The notes: generated from the letters alone by a model not told the origin. Shown: positions 36,281-49,152, counted from the whole stretch's first letter. The stretch: 55,638 bases of DNA, filler included, from Sphacelaria rigidula (GCA_964200075.2; 5 parts of 5 records of this genome joined end to end with filler, not necessarily neighbours in it), one strand, 5' to 3'. Translations and numbers: made by a program.

Positions 36281-37571
36281 AAGGTTGATAGGGACGGCAT
36301 GGCAAGCACCAAAAGCCATTGCTAGCCACAAAAGGAGCTGAATCGCGTCCATCAACAACCGTTGCTGGCCACAGTAAGACTGTGTATGGATTCAGGGGCT
36401 GAGGTCGGTTGCTGTGTGAAGTGTCGCACCGAGCTTTCTCTGCACTGTCTGTGGTGTGTTGGCACAGTCGAGCTGTATGTGTACTATTCGTCGGGCTGTC
36501 GAGACTCGAGAGTTCCAAGGGTGCGTCGGATAGGGTGTTTCCTACATTGTGGGTGTTTTGAAAAATCGGACTCTTTCGCATTTAAAATTTGAGTAGAGTA
36601 TTAATTGAGATCATACTCGACAGTTATGGGTGCGCCTGATCTCCCAAAATGGGCAAAAAAAGTGTCACCGACCGAAAACACGAAGAGACCGCAGATCTTG
36701 TTCATCCCCTGATGCTGCACGCCGTAAGTCACCCTAAGTACTTGTCATTTGTGTCGGGTTTCCACTTCACGGTTTTCCATTTTTCTCGTCCCAGACTGCG
36801 AATCATGGCGTGCCTTGGCTACTCAATGGCGTGTATTTGCCCAAGCTACAATCTGACACAATCGTATTGCCGAAGAAGTTATGGCGATGAAGAAAATCAA
36901 GAAAAGCATTTCCCCACTTAACTCGTCATAAAACTCGGATCCTGGTGAGATAAGAAAAAGTCCTGTCGTCAAGTTGTAGCAGTCGTTTTGGCGCATATGA
37001 TGCAAAAAATAGTATCTCAATCGATGGCCTTGGTGATGCGTATTTTGGCAAACGATTTGGACTATCAGCGCAAACAAGCGCCTCCAACCCTCGTCAGTTT
37101 CCACGATACGCGAAAACCTCACCCCTGTCTAACGGCCTCAAAATAGATTGCACCCATGAGTGACTCTTGATAGTGCAGGTCGTTCATACATCGGATGTGT
37201 GGTTTGTTCGACAGGTGTAAAATTTGAACCTTCGACCGACCCCCCATAGGCTGTGTCTGCGAGACATACCCCCGTCTGTGCATCGCTCGTGTCGGCGGCA
37301 AGAGTAGCGCTCGTTCTCCTGCAACCAGTGCAATCACCACGCCACCATCGATAGCGTATCTTAGTATCTATCACCTGGTGGCAAGTATGGGCACACTGAA
37401 GGAGAAAAGGAAGCCACAGGACAAGCTGGCGAGACGGAAACTCTGCAAGAGATGGGACGAGCAGTATCTTGAACGCAATGGCAGCACTCTCCAACAGCCG
37501 TCAATAATGAGTCGCACGAAAGAAGGCAAGGATCTTCGCGACCTTGCAGCAGCGAAGCAAACAAACTATAA

Positions 37572-37790
37572 CACTTACCCCAACCCTAATCCCAACGAAG
37601 GCATACCGAGAACCCTCGGACAAGAAGGTGCACAGTGTTCCCTAGGCGAAGAGTGCGTTTCCAGACCTCAAATCGGCGCCCCAGCCGCCGATCCAGACAA
37701 AAACGCGTTCTGCGCACGCTGGGAGCACAGTCCCCATTGAAGATCCGGATTTCGGTGCCCACAGAAAAATCAAGTTGGACTAACCTACCC
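37572..37790. repeat. Dispersed repeat beginning with degenerate (CCCTAA)n, copy 3
   Basis: accccaaccctaatcccaacgaaggcataccgagaaccctcgg...ctcaaatcgg. Confidence 0.7.
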
Positions 37791-38031
37791 TCCCGGGTGG
37801 GATACTGTACTGCGGCATCAAGACGGCACACAATACAGCATCTAGTCGTCGGCCCTCTTTTGCTGAAGCCATATGGCACCGAAGCCCCATTCACGTCTTT
37901 CAGTGGACCCACACGTCTTGAGACTAGAGGTGGGCACCGGATACCAAAAACAAGAACCCGGTTACCGGATAAGAGACAATATTATCAAAAACACAAAAAC
38001 TGGTTTACCGTTTTTTTTTCAGCAGGTTTAA

Positions 38032-39404
38032 CCCTTTGGGGACTGAGCCTCCAGAATGACCAATGAGGCTGGTTAGGAATGACGTGCCTGGCGTATGCAC
38101 CAAACAGTGGCCTAATGTTGCTGAAAATCCACGTGTGTTGGTTGATTGATTGGTTGATTGATTGTCGCACTTTAACTGACTACCCAGGGGTCCAGCCGTG
38201 GTGTCATGATAGACGTGCCCAAGGAAAACAAGACTGAAACACGCTCTGAGAGAAAAAGAGACAAGAAAAAAAAAAGAAGAGGGTCGAACAGAACGATATA
38301 GCAGACTAATTCGTAACAAAAAAAAGAGGAGGTGATTCAAAGTCAACACGAGCAAAGCACAGAAAGAAATGGCCGACCTAAAACAAAAAAAGGAAAATGA
38401 GAGGGAAGTACAGAGCAAATAAAATAAAATAAATACACCGATGAAAAAAGAAAATGTAACCACAAGATCATGAGGAAGACCGAATTTTTCAACCAATATA
38501 TTTCAGATGCAGGTACAAACTGTAAATATTCGGGTGTTGTGCGCATCAGGTAATGTACAGATGTACCAAGCAGTATGGATCGCCGTGGAGAGCAATCAAC
38601 AGGATGTGGCGACCGCCGCCCGCTACTTATGGCTTTGGATGCTATTTTACCCCCATCACCTTGCTACACAGCCCTGTGTGGTCGGGGTGGGCCGCGATTT
38701 CCTCTTCGTTGAAAGTGACAAATTCTCTTGGAAGGGCATGGGCGTTGGGTCGAACATACAGTACAGTACGCCTCTCCGACTGCAGCAGCACCTGCCGCTG
38801 CATGCTCCCTTACACGTTCTGGGCAGTTCTTCGCGACGGAGATCAGCTACCTATAAACAGCTTGACCGTGCCCGTCGATTACATACGACCTCACTGCATG
38901 CTGTATCGTCTCAGCGGGGGGATAAGCAGTACTCATGCCTCTAGCTCCACCTCTCGTTCCACTGCGTTGCTAGATTCAGTCGCCTTGTGAACGTGACCAC
39001 ATATATAGTATGGTATATTTATTCCCGACTTTACCCCGAGCACCCTGTGTTGGTGTTATAACTACGTTTTACTATAGGATGGTGACCCAAAAAAAAGTAG
39101 GGGGAGTGGGAGTTGGACCTGTATAAAATGCAAGTAAATGATGAAAAATCGGGAAAGCGAACCCCGACCATCGCGACTTTCTTTTGCTTCGAAGTTCTTT
39201 TTTGTGGGTCAGGGCCAGGGCACACACACACCAACTTGGCAGTGACATCACTCCCGGCGACAGTCCCCCGCCCCCACTGATCGTTCGGATGTGGTCGATA
39301 AATTTCGCCTCGCCGTGATTGGGCAGGTCGCTCCCAGACTTATTGATTATTATTGTGCTAATACAGGGTGAACCCCTGGTTACTGAGCTTCAGTCCCGAA
39401 AGGG
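38032..39404 (+). mobile_element. piggyBac-type non-autonomous element, copy X (secondary insertion at about 38140-38470)
   Basis: TTAA-ccctttggggactga ... tcagtcccgaaaggg-CTAA; reverse-complement homolog of 40441-41472. Confidence 0.8.
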
Positions 39405-40440
39405 CTAACCGGTTCACCGGAAAACCGGTTCAACCTGATGAGCAAGAGAAAACACTTTCAAATCATTGAAGCGCACGTGAATTAGGCGTTCTTGTCGTGT
39501 GTTTCGTGTGTTTCGTGTGTTTCGTGTGTCGTGAATGACGGGTGATGGATACGCTCAAACACACCCATTGCCGGTGACGGCAAGGTTCAATCTCGCACTT
39601 CCACACCCGTGCAACACCTGTCGAGCTTCAAGCACGGTGGCTGGTGACGATTCATGCGTGATAGGAAATGGTTTTGATGATTACTTCGACAGCTGCTGTT
39701 CGAATCTGGCACCTAACCCTGGCCAACACAAGGTGGTGGGCCCCTGAACTGTTTATTGTGTAGTTTCTTCGTAATTTGAAATTTTCTCAGCTCTTTCGCT
39801 TGCCACCGCTCATCACAGTGGGGATCTGAAGATACTTGCATCCGCTCCACATTCCAAGCAAAAAAATATCATCTGTACTCAATCTTGAGCGACTTACGGA
39901 CTGACCGGTCATCGGGGGCCTGCCACTTTTCAGCCCAGATTCTAACTCTTTGATATTTCCGGTCGATCGCACCTGTCCCGATCGTACTTGTGAAGAATTG
40001 TACTGACCTTTTCTTTTGAAATTTCATCTACTCATTACATTGGAGCCGAATAAGTGTATTTCACGATCAATTAAACCATCCTGATGAACGGGATATCTAC
40101 GCTTATCGCCCGATTACACCAACAAACACTAACTTGGGCAATGTGTTGTTTTGAGGACGATCTGCTTACTTTTCCAAAATCTACCGACGCTAGCACTTTC
40201 GAGAAAACCCCCAGACAACCCTTGGTAGTTCAGGCGCCCAGCACTGCATGCACCCCACACCCCGCCCGCCCTTGCAACCCAATGCCCAACAATACAAGGG
40301 GGGAACAGGGGTCATGTCATTCCTCAACTTCAAACTTCGCAATTGAACCGGTCACACCGGTTCATCGGAAAAACCGATTTAACCGCCATAAGAACGCCTC
40401 CTGATCCTGGTTTTATCGATTTTCCGGTGAATCGGTTTAA

Positions 40441-41472
40441 CCCTTTTGGGACCGACCCCCCACTAACATAGGGTTGATCCTGTGTTGGCGAAATAATTAA
40501 AAATAAGTCTTCGAGCGACCTGCCCAATCACGGCGAGGCGAAATTTATCGACCAGATCCGAACGACCAGCGCGGGTGTTGTTGGCGAATGTGACGCCACT
40601 GCAGATCGTGTGGGGGCCTTATCCCTGGCCAAGATGAGCCTTCCCAGGTTTCCAAGTGCAGGGCGGTCGGAACTTGGTTATATGATATTACTTGCACTCA
40701 GCACGGCGTTCCCGAGTTTTCCGGTGGGTTTTTTGGGTCTCAATTGGATACTGAAACGTAGTAATTACACTAACACAGGGTCGACCGGAAAAACCGGGAA
40801 GGAGTGTACATGCTACAATGTGGTCATTTTCACGAAGCACTAAACCCAGGCGGGCCGTGGAAAGACAAAAGGAGCGACCGTCATGAATTCTGCTTATCTC
40901 TCTGCCGATGACTTGCAGTGTGCAGTTAACATGCATGTAGTGGGCGGGGATGAAAAATCGGTGTATAGGCAGTTGATCTCGGTAGCTGAGAGTTTCCAAG
41001 AGCGTGCAAGGGACATATGCAGCGGCAGCTGCTGCTCAAGTCGGAGAAACGTACTACACTGTACTGTACTACACTGTTGTATGCATGCGCGCCGCGACGC
41101 TGGTACCGTTCGAAGAGAATTTGCCGCATGCAACAAACGGGGAAATGGCGGCCCAGACACAAAGGGCTGTGTGACAAGGTGATGGGGACAAAAGCATAAT
41201 CCAAAGCCACAAGTGGCGGGCGGCCCGCCGGTCGCCGCATCCTGTCGGAAGCTCTCTACCGCGACCCATACTGCTTGCTACATCAGATGTACACCACCTA
41301 ATAATGCGCACCCTACACCTGAAAATAGATTGGATGAAATTTTTGGTATTCGTCATAACCCTGCGGTTACATACGCGGATTTTCAGCAACACGCCACTGT
41401 TTCGTGCAGACGCCAGATACGTCATTCCTGACCAGCCTCATTGGTCGTTCTGGAGGCCCGGTGCCAAAAGGG
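40441..41472 (-). mobile_element. piggyBac-type non-autonomous element, copy Y (inverted relative to X)
   Basis: TTAA-cccttttgggaccga ... cggtgccaaaaggg-TTAA; internal blocks match X in reverse complement. Confidence 0.8.
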
Positions 41473-43036
41473 TTAACCGGGGAAAAAAACTCCGGTTTTG
41501 TATTCCAGAACCGTGAGCGGTAAACGCCTATTGAGGTTTCCAAGGACGGGTTATAACCGTTTTTTTCAACAGGTGCTCACTTCTACCCAAGACACGGGTC
41601 TGTTGTAATCGTCCCTGGTGAGTGACGCACGTGACGACGGTTTGTTTCCATTCCCTTTTGGAAGACAAGTATCTTTGGCGTCCGATTGAGTATCATGTTC
41701 ATGAAATGAAAAGCCATGTCCACGGAATAACAAATACACTTGCACAAGGCGAGTCTTGCATCCGCCAAAAATTGCGGAACGATGGCATCCGATAAATCAA
41801 GCTCCTCAAAACATGACGAGGTAGTCGACTCACATCTACCCAGCCCACATCACACACCCGGCGACGGTTTGTATTCCAATCGTCTGTGCAAGGGACGTAC
41901 GTCCTCGTTGGAGTTTATCAGTACATATGGCTCTGTCGCATGTTTACCACACGATGTTGGCCCAGTTTCGATCCGCATCCCCCCGCCAAAAATTGTTGGA
42001 TTACCTTCATGTCCAAATTCTACGCAAACAACACGAATACACCACGAACGATTGCATCGTCGTACCCCTAACCGAGAACGCACGCCTTGGATCCTCATCC
42101 CTCGGCATCGCTTGGGGATGATGTCCCGTCTGGTGAACCCGACTCGCTAACTACAGTCTAAGCGCGTCCAAGCAAGGGAAAATATGCTGGTCGTACCGCT
42201 TATGCCAGGATTTCTTGCCGCGCGGCTCCATGAAGAAACCGCTCTCCAACCCGCTTGTGATGGAAATGTGCATGCGCAAAATACAACACACACGCACTTC
42301 AAATATATGGATATCTGAGACTTCGTCTGGGGCAGGTGCAGGGGCACTTGGTGGTGGTGGTGGTTTACAATAGCTTCCTGGTTTTGCGGACCCCTTGGAA
42401 GCGGCTGCGCAAACTTAGCGGCGGCGTGTGACATATTCTTAGTGTGACCAAAGCGATAGACGTCATTCGCCAACACCTAAGTAGAGTAGTTCGTGTGCTA
42501 CGTGCGCAACTGCGACTGCTGGAACGACGAGACAGGGACTACGACGCAAGACGAGGCTAACAGCGTCTACGTTTCTGCTGCCTCGCGTGTGCTTTTGTTT
42601 CCCCGGCTTTTGTTTCCCTGGCCCATTCATTTCCCCCTTCAACCACACTTTCCGCTGTTGCTCATATATTGCATGCCGCTGCGTTGTTTTTCGTCCGTGC
42701 TTGCGATACGCTGAAATGCCAGTGACAGCCACGTTGGGGTTATGATTTTAGAATGCAGTCTGCTTTTTCTCGATGTGAATTTTCGATCTATGTCGTCCTC
42801 TTCCGTTGACGTAAGGCGCATTTTACCCCACGAGCCCGGATAAGCCGCAAAAGTCGGTATGTTCGTAGTCTGCTCGTGGTGTGTTCATGATTTTGGTCGG
42901 TGACACTTTGTGTGCTCATTTCGGGGGGTCAGGCGCACCCAAAATAGCACCCAGATGTTGGGTAGAGTAAGGCGATCGGACCATCGCAACACAAAATTCG
43001 GGATAGTGAGTACCGGGGTATATATCTTACCCAATA

Positions 43037-43962
43037 CGACCTGGGCCAGCAGTAAATCCTGCATTCGCTTTCCACACCACAACTTCTCAAGTCTCCCAAA
43101 TCAGCGCGATGTGAGCATAGCGCTGTGAACTGTAGACCAACCTGGTAACACACAGCACCGCCGCTGGTCGATTGGCATAATATTGGCGATGGTGTTATTG
43201 TACTGCATTAAGTACCGGGTACGTCTCCTGTCGTTGCGTGACAGCGTGTGTGGAGACGTTCCGTTTCATAAAATGCGGTGGAATTACGATAGACAGTTGC
43301 GCCGCATAAGCACACGAACACCCGATATGCGCAGGCAAAAGCACACTGGTAGGGCTGCAAGATGGCATCAAGCTCGTCAACAGCTCCATCATAGGAGAGG
43401 ACCTCCGAGCCGACTGTCGTATATCACCGTACAAGGGAAAAGTACTACTTGAAACTGCGTTATACCCCGCCCGAAAGCAAGACCGTCACCAAAATATCGA
43501 GACCCTTTGCAACTCGGGAGGTACGAGAGAAGATTATGCACGACTAGATTATGCACACAAAGTTTTGTTGTCGTTTGAGGATTTGAACTCGTGACCTGTG
43601 TAATTGGAGGCTGTTGTATCAGTTTGACCAGTGGGGTGCAGCCGTGTCACACAAAAGTGCGACGCGACGCCCAAATTGAGGAAATTTTGGCCGATACTTC
43701 ATCAGGATGTCTTTGACGGGGATGCCCACAACGTGATTGAGGATGCAGCCGTCATTATCATTTTTTCACAGAGTTACAGCATTTTTCCTGCTTTTGCTGA
43801 AACGTCAATTCGCTCTAACTTCCCGTTTTTTTCCCCCTCTGCACCTCCAATAGGATTGCGCAGGTTGATAAACATGTCGTGTCACAATTTGAGTGCCGAA
43901 TTCTTCGAGTTACCGAGCGCATCGCTATTCTTCATTCAAGAAGCACTGTCAGCCCCACCTCG
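43037..43962 (+). mobile_element. Tc1/mariner-type element, same family as 22983-23917
   Basis: TA-cgacctgggccag ... cagccccacctcg-TA; collinear with the contig-3 copy. Confidence 0.8.
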
Positions 43963-43964
43963 TA

Positions 43965-44491
43965 CGAGCTGGGCCGGTCATCAGTGATTTTTAAACGAAG
44001 AGTGGAGAGATGCTTTTGGCAATCCGAAGAGTTGGGCGCTGAAATTTTGACACGACATGTTTATCATCAATCTGCGCAACCCTATGAGGGCTGCAGAGGG
44101 GAAAAAAAGCCCCGGAAGTTAGAGCGAGTTGAAGTTTCAGCAAAAACAGGGAATATGCTCTAACTTCCTCACAAATTGATGAAAACGATGACAACGCTGC
44201 GGCACATACGGGGGCGTCAACCACATCCTTGTAAATGTTTCAGCCAAGATACGTAAAATTGGGTTTCGCGTGGCACTTTTTGTGTGACCCCGGTGATCAA
44301 ACTGATACAACAGATTCTAATGACAAAGGTCGCGAGTTCGAATCCCGACACAACAAAAACGTTTCTGTGTGCACACTAATCGTGCATACTCTCTCGTACC
44401 TCTGGGTTGCAAAGGGTCTCGATGTTTTGGTGATGGTCTTGCGTTGGGGGGGGGGAATGGCGCAGTTTCAAGTAGTACTTCTCCCTCGTGC
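43965..44491 (-). mobile_element. Second copy of the same mariner-type element, inverted and cut by the contig end
   Basis: Begins cgagctgggccgg right after the shared TA (43963-43964); reverse complement of about 23375-23917. Confidence 0.8.
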
Positions 44492-44591
44492 NNNNNNNNN
44501 NNNNNNNNNNNNNNNNNNNNNNNNNNNNNNNNNNNTTAATTAATTAANNNNNNNNNNNNNNNNNNNNNNNNNNNNNNNNNNNNNNNNNNNN
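44492..44591. other. Artificial contig linker
   Basis: N44-TTAATTAATTAA-N44. Confidence 0.98.
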
Positions 44592-44840
44592 TTCGTGTGC
44601 CGATTACCCGAAGGCTCGGCTAGACCGCCTTGCGGCGGTCATGTGGGGGATGCTCCCACTAAAACCCTCTGTCAACCTGGCACAGTACATGCGCCGCCCT
44701 GCTCTCGAGAGCTTCGGCCCTAGGACGCCGGTGGTAAAAGCAAAGAAAAGCACACATGGAATGAAAAAATGGCTGGGTTAAAGCGAGTGATGAAAGCCAC
44801 TCAATCAACGCTCTACTTTCAGTATCACGAAAACGTTGTT
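44592..44840 (+). mobile_element. Possible 5' end (structured UTR plus ORF start) of a non-LTR retrotransposon
   Basis: GC-rich hairpin cluster, then ATG 44689 MRRPALESFGPRTPVVKAKKS and MAGLKRVMKATQSTLYF, a basic leader of the kind that precedes APE domains. No APE or RT core follows. Confidence 0.3.
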
Positions 44841-46734
44841 GTAAGTGGCGCCCTCGTCGCCAGCTTCAGTTTAACGTCAGTTTCAGTTTTCCCCAAAGTA
44901 TCAAGTGGTTCAGTTCACAGCCCTAGAAAAAGTGGGTCTGACACGGTTACGAAGGGATCGAATCATTGAATACCTCAACCCGAGGTATTCCGTGCGGTGA
45001 TGTGGGTCTTCAGCGTCGTCTGGTATTTACTGATGATATTCATCAACGACCCCGTAACCCTCTTAACAGTTTCCCTTGTATCTGTATCTGTCGTATAAAG
45101 GGCTCAGGTCGCCGTCGACGTTGACACTTCGGTGGATATTGATGCTCCAAATGCAAAAGTGTGTTAAAAACAATCACGTTACAAGTTTCTTCGCTCTTTA
45201 TCGACTTCAGGGGGTCCCGTCATGAAGACCCCCGGAAGCTAGCACAGAATGTCCCAATGCAAAAAATGGAAAATGTACCTGTCCCGAAGTAGTCCAAGGT
45301 ACATTTGTATGGAGTTTCGCTCTGGAAGTCGATATAGTGACGGGAAGTAAAATGACGCAAGGGAGTCGTTTTGACGTCGAACGTATCCCAAAAAGGTACT
45401 TTCATATGGGCACGGTACACTTTAGCGGACTCATCCGCAGAACACTCACGCCGATTTTTGCAGTGAGACTCTGGAAAATCGCACACGTCGTTACGAACCT
45501 TATATGGGTGGTTTTTTGTTGTTTTATCTCACCCTCTATTGGGGGTCCCAGAAGGGCATGTGATGCCCAAAAATCCGAAACAACCTGGGGGCCTCGATAA
45601 CCGGAAAATAAAAAATCGAAACACCCCGTCCTGAAAAAATGCCGTATTGATCGTAGCCGAACGTATATGTGTGCCAATTTTTAGAACCAAGCTTCGAAAG
45701 TTGGCGTTAGGTTTCGCAGATCAATTTGGGGTCATCAGCGTGAACCAGCCTGTAGCTGAATAGCGTCTCGCCATCCTCGCTCACACTTTCGAATCAGCGA
45801 ATTTACAGATTCGTGGGTGCATGTAAACTTGAGCTGGCGTCAAGATCACGTGTTATGCGGCCACCGAACAGATGTGTTTCTTCAGCAGGAGCCCTGCTGT
45901 TGTGCCACGTTGTACCTGCCACCTAACGAAGGCAACCCGGCCGCCAAGCTCTACTGTGTTACCGGACAGAAGCATCCGCAGTGGCTGTACATACTTGCAA
46001 GTCCCCTTGTGCTCACACAACACGTGTCGAGTCTAAATTGCGCTACCGTACCGTAGGGCACTGTTCAGTGCGCTGCACCACTTACGTCTATGATAGCAAC
46101 GAGAAACCGCTGTAAAAGGTTGTCGAACTACGGCGGGTGGTGAAAAATCACCCCTTCTGTCATCCCTGTTCAGCGACTGTCGCGCAACATATCTCATATG
46201 CAGATTCCGCCCTACGCCTTGTCACATGAATCATTTGGCCCTTGCCCTATAACTGGCGCACACGCTTACGAGTCATAATAGCGTCGGGAAAGGATCAACT
46301 GCTCAAGCCCAGCGTATTTACGGCTTTTATTCGCAGCAGATACGCTACTTTGCTCATTTGAAGCTTCAAAGATTCCAACACGACCAACACAAACTTGTTT
46401 CGACATGCACACTCCGTCTATAGCCTGACCTGCTGACTATTGTAAATGTTGCAGACTGGCACAAGCCCTCTGCAAATGGGCGCTAATCTGCGAGCTACCG
46501 TAATGTTTTGTTCTTCTCCCACCGCACTCCCAACCTCTCCCATTCGGCGGAACAAGAGCATAGTGTGACGGGATCAACTCGTCTCTCCCCAGGTCCTTTC
46601 CTTACATTTTGATATCCAGGATTGAGTCAGCACTGCTGCACCCCGTCGACTCCCATGGACTTTTCTGTGCTTCTGACGTCCCCACCCTTTCAAAAATGGA
46701 AACTAGATTCTGCCCGAAAACACCGTATCTGCCT

Positions 46735-46810
46735 CTTGGGATTTGAACCCATAACCCTTTGCCCTGACTCGCTGTTTGCTGTACTGTACCAGTTACAACA
46801 TCCGGGCGCG
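46735..46810 (-). mobile_element. tRNA-derived SINE-like head
   Basis: Minus strand cgcccggatgttgtaactggta...gggttcaaatccc (B box). Confidence 0.45.
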
Positions 46811-46851
46811 CGATGGACCAATGAGTACGTTTGTATGTTTTAATCACCGCT

Positions 46852-47025
46852 CTAGGTGTACCCCCTGGTACACGGTGGGAGGGATGCGAGCAAAGAGTCA
46901 CGAGACGGCATGTCCGTCAACGTGTGCCGTACTATTGTTTCTTCGTCGGAGTAATCGAATTCGCCTCGAAACAGCTTTCCCTTCAAGAAAAGAGGCATCC
47001 AATACGCGTCATCTGGCCACATGTC
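46852..47025 (-). CDS. NUDT1: NUDT1/MTH1-like oxidized purine nucleoside triphosphate hydrolase, terminal exon
   Basis: ttccag|DMWPDDAYWMPLFLKGKLFRGEFDYSDEETIVRHTL...*; MWPDD.YW is the MTH1 C-terminal signature. Confidence 0.88.
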   Translation of the reverse strand, partial: DMWPDDAYWMPLFLKGKLFRGEFDYSDEETIVRHTLTDMPSRDSLLASLPPCTRGYT

Positions 47026-47253
47026 CTGGAAGATGACCAAAAACGACGTGGGCGACAACGGAGCAAACATCAATGAATCAGAAGTCACGACAAGTCAGTG
47101 ACGCAAATTTTCCTCCCGCGTCAGGTGCTAGTTTTTGTGAAATGGAAGAGTCAGCGGAGAAATCAAGGAAGAACCAGCCAATAAATGCTGGACGCTCATA
47201 CAGCAAGCTGGCAACGGGTTAATTTTCTTTTGTTTCCGTTTGTGTGAGTGTTC

Positions 47254-48505
47254 CACACGTCGGACGGATCAGCTCGTCACGGATCCGGGTCAGGTCATTT
47301 GGGGTATAGATCATGATCCATCCGAGGTGAGCTGTCACCCATACACGTTTGTCCGATGCTGATCCGTAGGACCCGCTTGACCCGCACAGGATTCGCCGAG
47401 CGACGAGCTGTACGACCCGCTTCACGCACACACACTTTCGTGTACAACTGATCTGCAGACCCGCGTCATCTGCACAACATCACATAGTTGTGATATGTAT
47501 CACTCGGGTCAGGCAAGCGCAGTAGCTTGTCGTCGACCCATGCGATTCGAATCTCATGTACACCAAAAGCTACCCCTCACCTGTGGAATCCGAATCTAGT
47601 GTAAAAGAAACCCTTTCCCGCACCCGTAAGATCCGGATCAAGTATACAAGAAACAGTGTTCAGCTCCCTCACATGTTAACGTGTATGGCCCGGGTACAAT
47701 GCATGTTCACAAGTCCGGACGTTGACCGTAGCAACCCGGGCATATGGAACATGAAGTACGTATATTTTATTCCAAGTGGTTCCACGGTAGGGCTGCATAT
47801 TTTTTCCGAAGATGTGCACTGTCGGCGCATCCGAGTGAAGTATACAATAAGCAGTATTCAGTGTTCTTCACCTCCTAATCTGGCCCGCGTACAATATGCA
47901 TGTCAACAAGTGCGTATGTTGGCTGTAACAACCCGGGCATATGGAACATGAAATACATATATTTCATTCCGAGTGGTTCCACGGCAGGACTGCATATTTT
48001 TTCTAAAAATGTGCACTGTCGGCGCATCCGAATGAAGTATACAATAAACAGTATTCAGTATTCCTCACCTACCAACCCGTATGGCCCTGGTACAATGTGC
48101 ATGCTCACAAGTCCGTATGTTGGCTGTACCTATATTTTTTGGCGCTAGTCCGATGATGGCCTGTATGACCCGTGCGATTCGTACATATATATCTGTCTGA
48201 TGATGATCTGTATGACCCGTGTGACTCGTACATAAATGTCTGATGATTACATGTATGGCCCGAGTATCCGTACATGACATCCTTGAGCACACCTATGTAA
48301 TCCGAGTCAGGTGTACAGGAAACGTCAAGAACCTGTGTATCCTTCTAACCCGTACAAGATCCCTCCTGATCGATGATATCCGGATCACGAGGGCCGTTCC
48401 ATAACTAGTTGAACTGTATCATCCGAATCGGGTACACTGGTGTGTTCACACTTGAGCTGTACAGTATGACCCGCATCCCATAGAAAGTGACCCGTCCGAC
48501 GTGTG
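47254..48505. mobile_element. hAT-type MITE (1252 bp) in a NUDT1 intron, inserted in a SINE tail
   Basis: TIR cacacgtcggacggatca / tgacccgtccgacgtgtg; 8-bp TSD gagtgttc / gggtgttt; many GA(T/C)CCG subterminal motifs. Confidence 0.8.
47631..48130. repeat. About 197-198-bp tandem repeat, 2.5 copies
   Basis: atccg...aagtatacaa starts at 47631, 47829 and 48026. Confidence 0.9.
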
Positions 48506-48790
48506 GGGTGTTTTCATCTCACTAACTCTGGGCCTACACCGTTTGGTATGGTGAGCGTACCAGTCGGGGTCACGCAGGAGTTTTTCTTTATTACTTTCCA
48601 CTTTTCTTCTACGGTTCTTCCCTTCTGCCGTCTTTTCCCCTGGTGGAGAGCTGTACCGAACCTTGCTTACTCACAAAAAATATCGCATTTCACTGCTAGG
48701 CATGCTGCGAGAAAAATACCAGTTCGTGTGACTTGCACCGAGGATCGAAGTCACGATACTTTTTAGGCTACCAACTGAGCCATCAGGTTC
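48506..48790 (-). mobile_element. Diverged copy of the tRNA-derived SINE
   Basis: ctacaccgtttggta...ccagtcggggtcacgcaggag body and caactgagccatc (A box, reversed) match 26140-26195 and 33567-33580. Confidence 0.65.
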
Positions 48791-49152
48791 ACTAGCTTTT
48801 TGTGGAGACCAATATTGGCGATGAGCCCGGGGGTTATGATGAACTTAGTGACCGTTTGCGCTGCACCGACAGCACCAAGATACGTTACAGAGGGCTGGGT
48901 GCCTAGTCCACAATTGGGCCAAGTGAATGGACGGAAAGACAGTCGCTCCTGATGGGAATAGGCCTACAGTAGTAGCCACGCGGGTACAACAGCACTGCTG
49001 CAATACGTGCGAACACAGGCGATCGACATTTCGAAGCGATCATGCCATGCCAGCAATACTGTAACAGCATCTTACACTACCCCTGCGGTACGGTGATGTG
49101 CGGTGCGGTAGGAAATGCAGTCTGCGCTTTTTGTTGCTGTGGACACAGTTAC

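Larger units (their letters stand above)
37925..41585. mobile_element. hAT-type non-autonomous element interrupted by two piggyBac-type insertions
   Basis: TIR tagaggtgggcacc / ggtgctcacttcta; degenerate 8-bp TSD cttgagac / cccaagac; subterminal AACCGG motifs. Confidence 0.7.

Noticed and set aside
39434-39456. Hammerhead ribozyme (CTGATGA...GAAA)
   Set aside because: No stem II pairing and no flanking stems or cleavage triplet; other CTGATGA hits also lack the core
43430-44491. Single long-TIR Foldback element
   Set aside because: Better explained as two mariner-type copies, because the contig-3 copy has its own TIRs and TA TSDs
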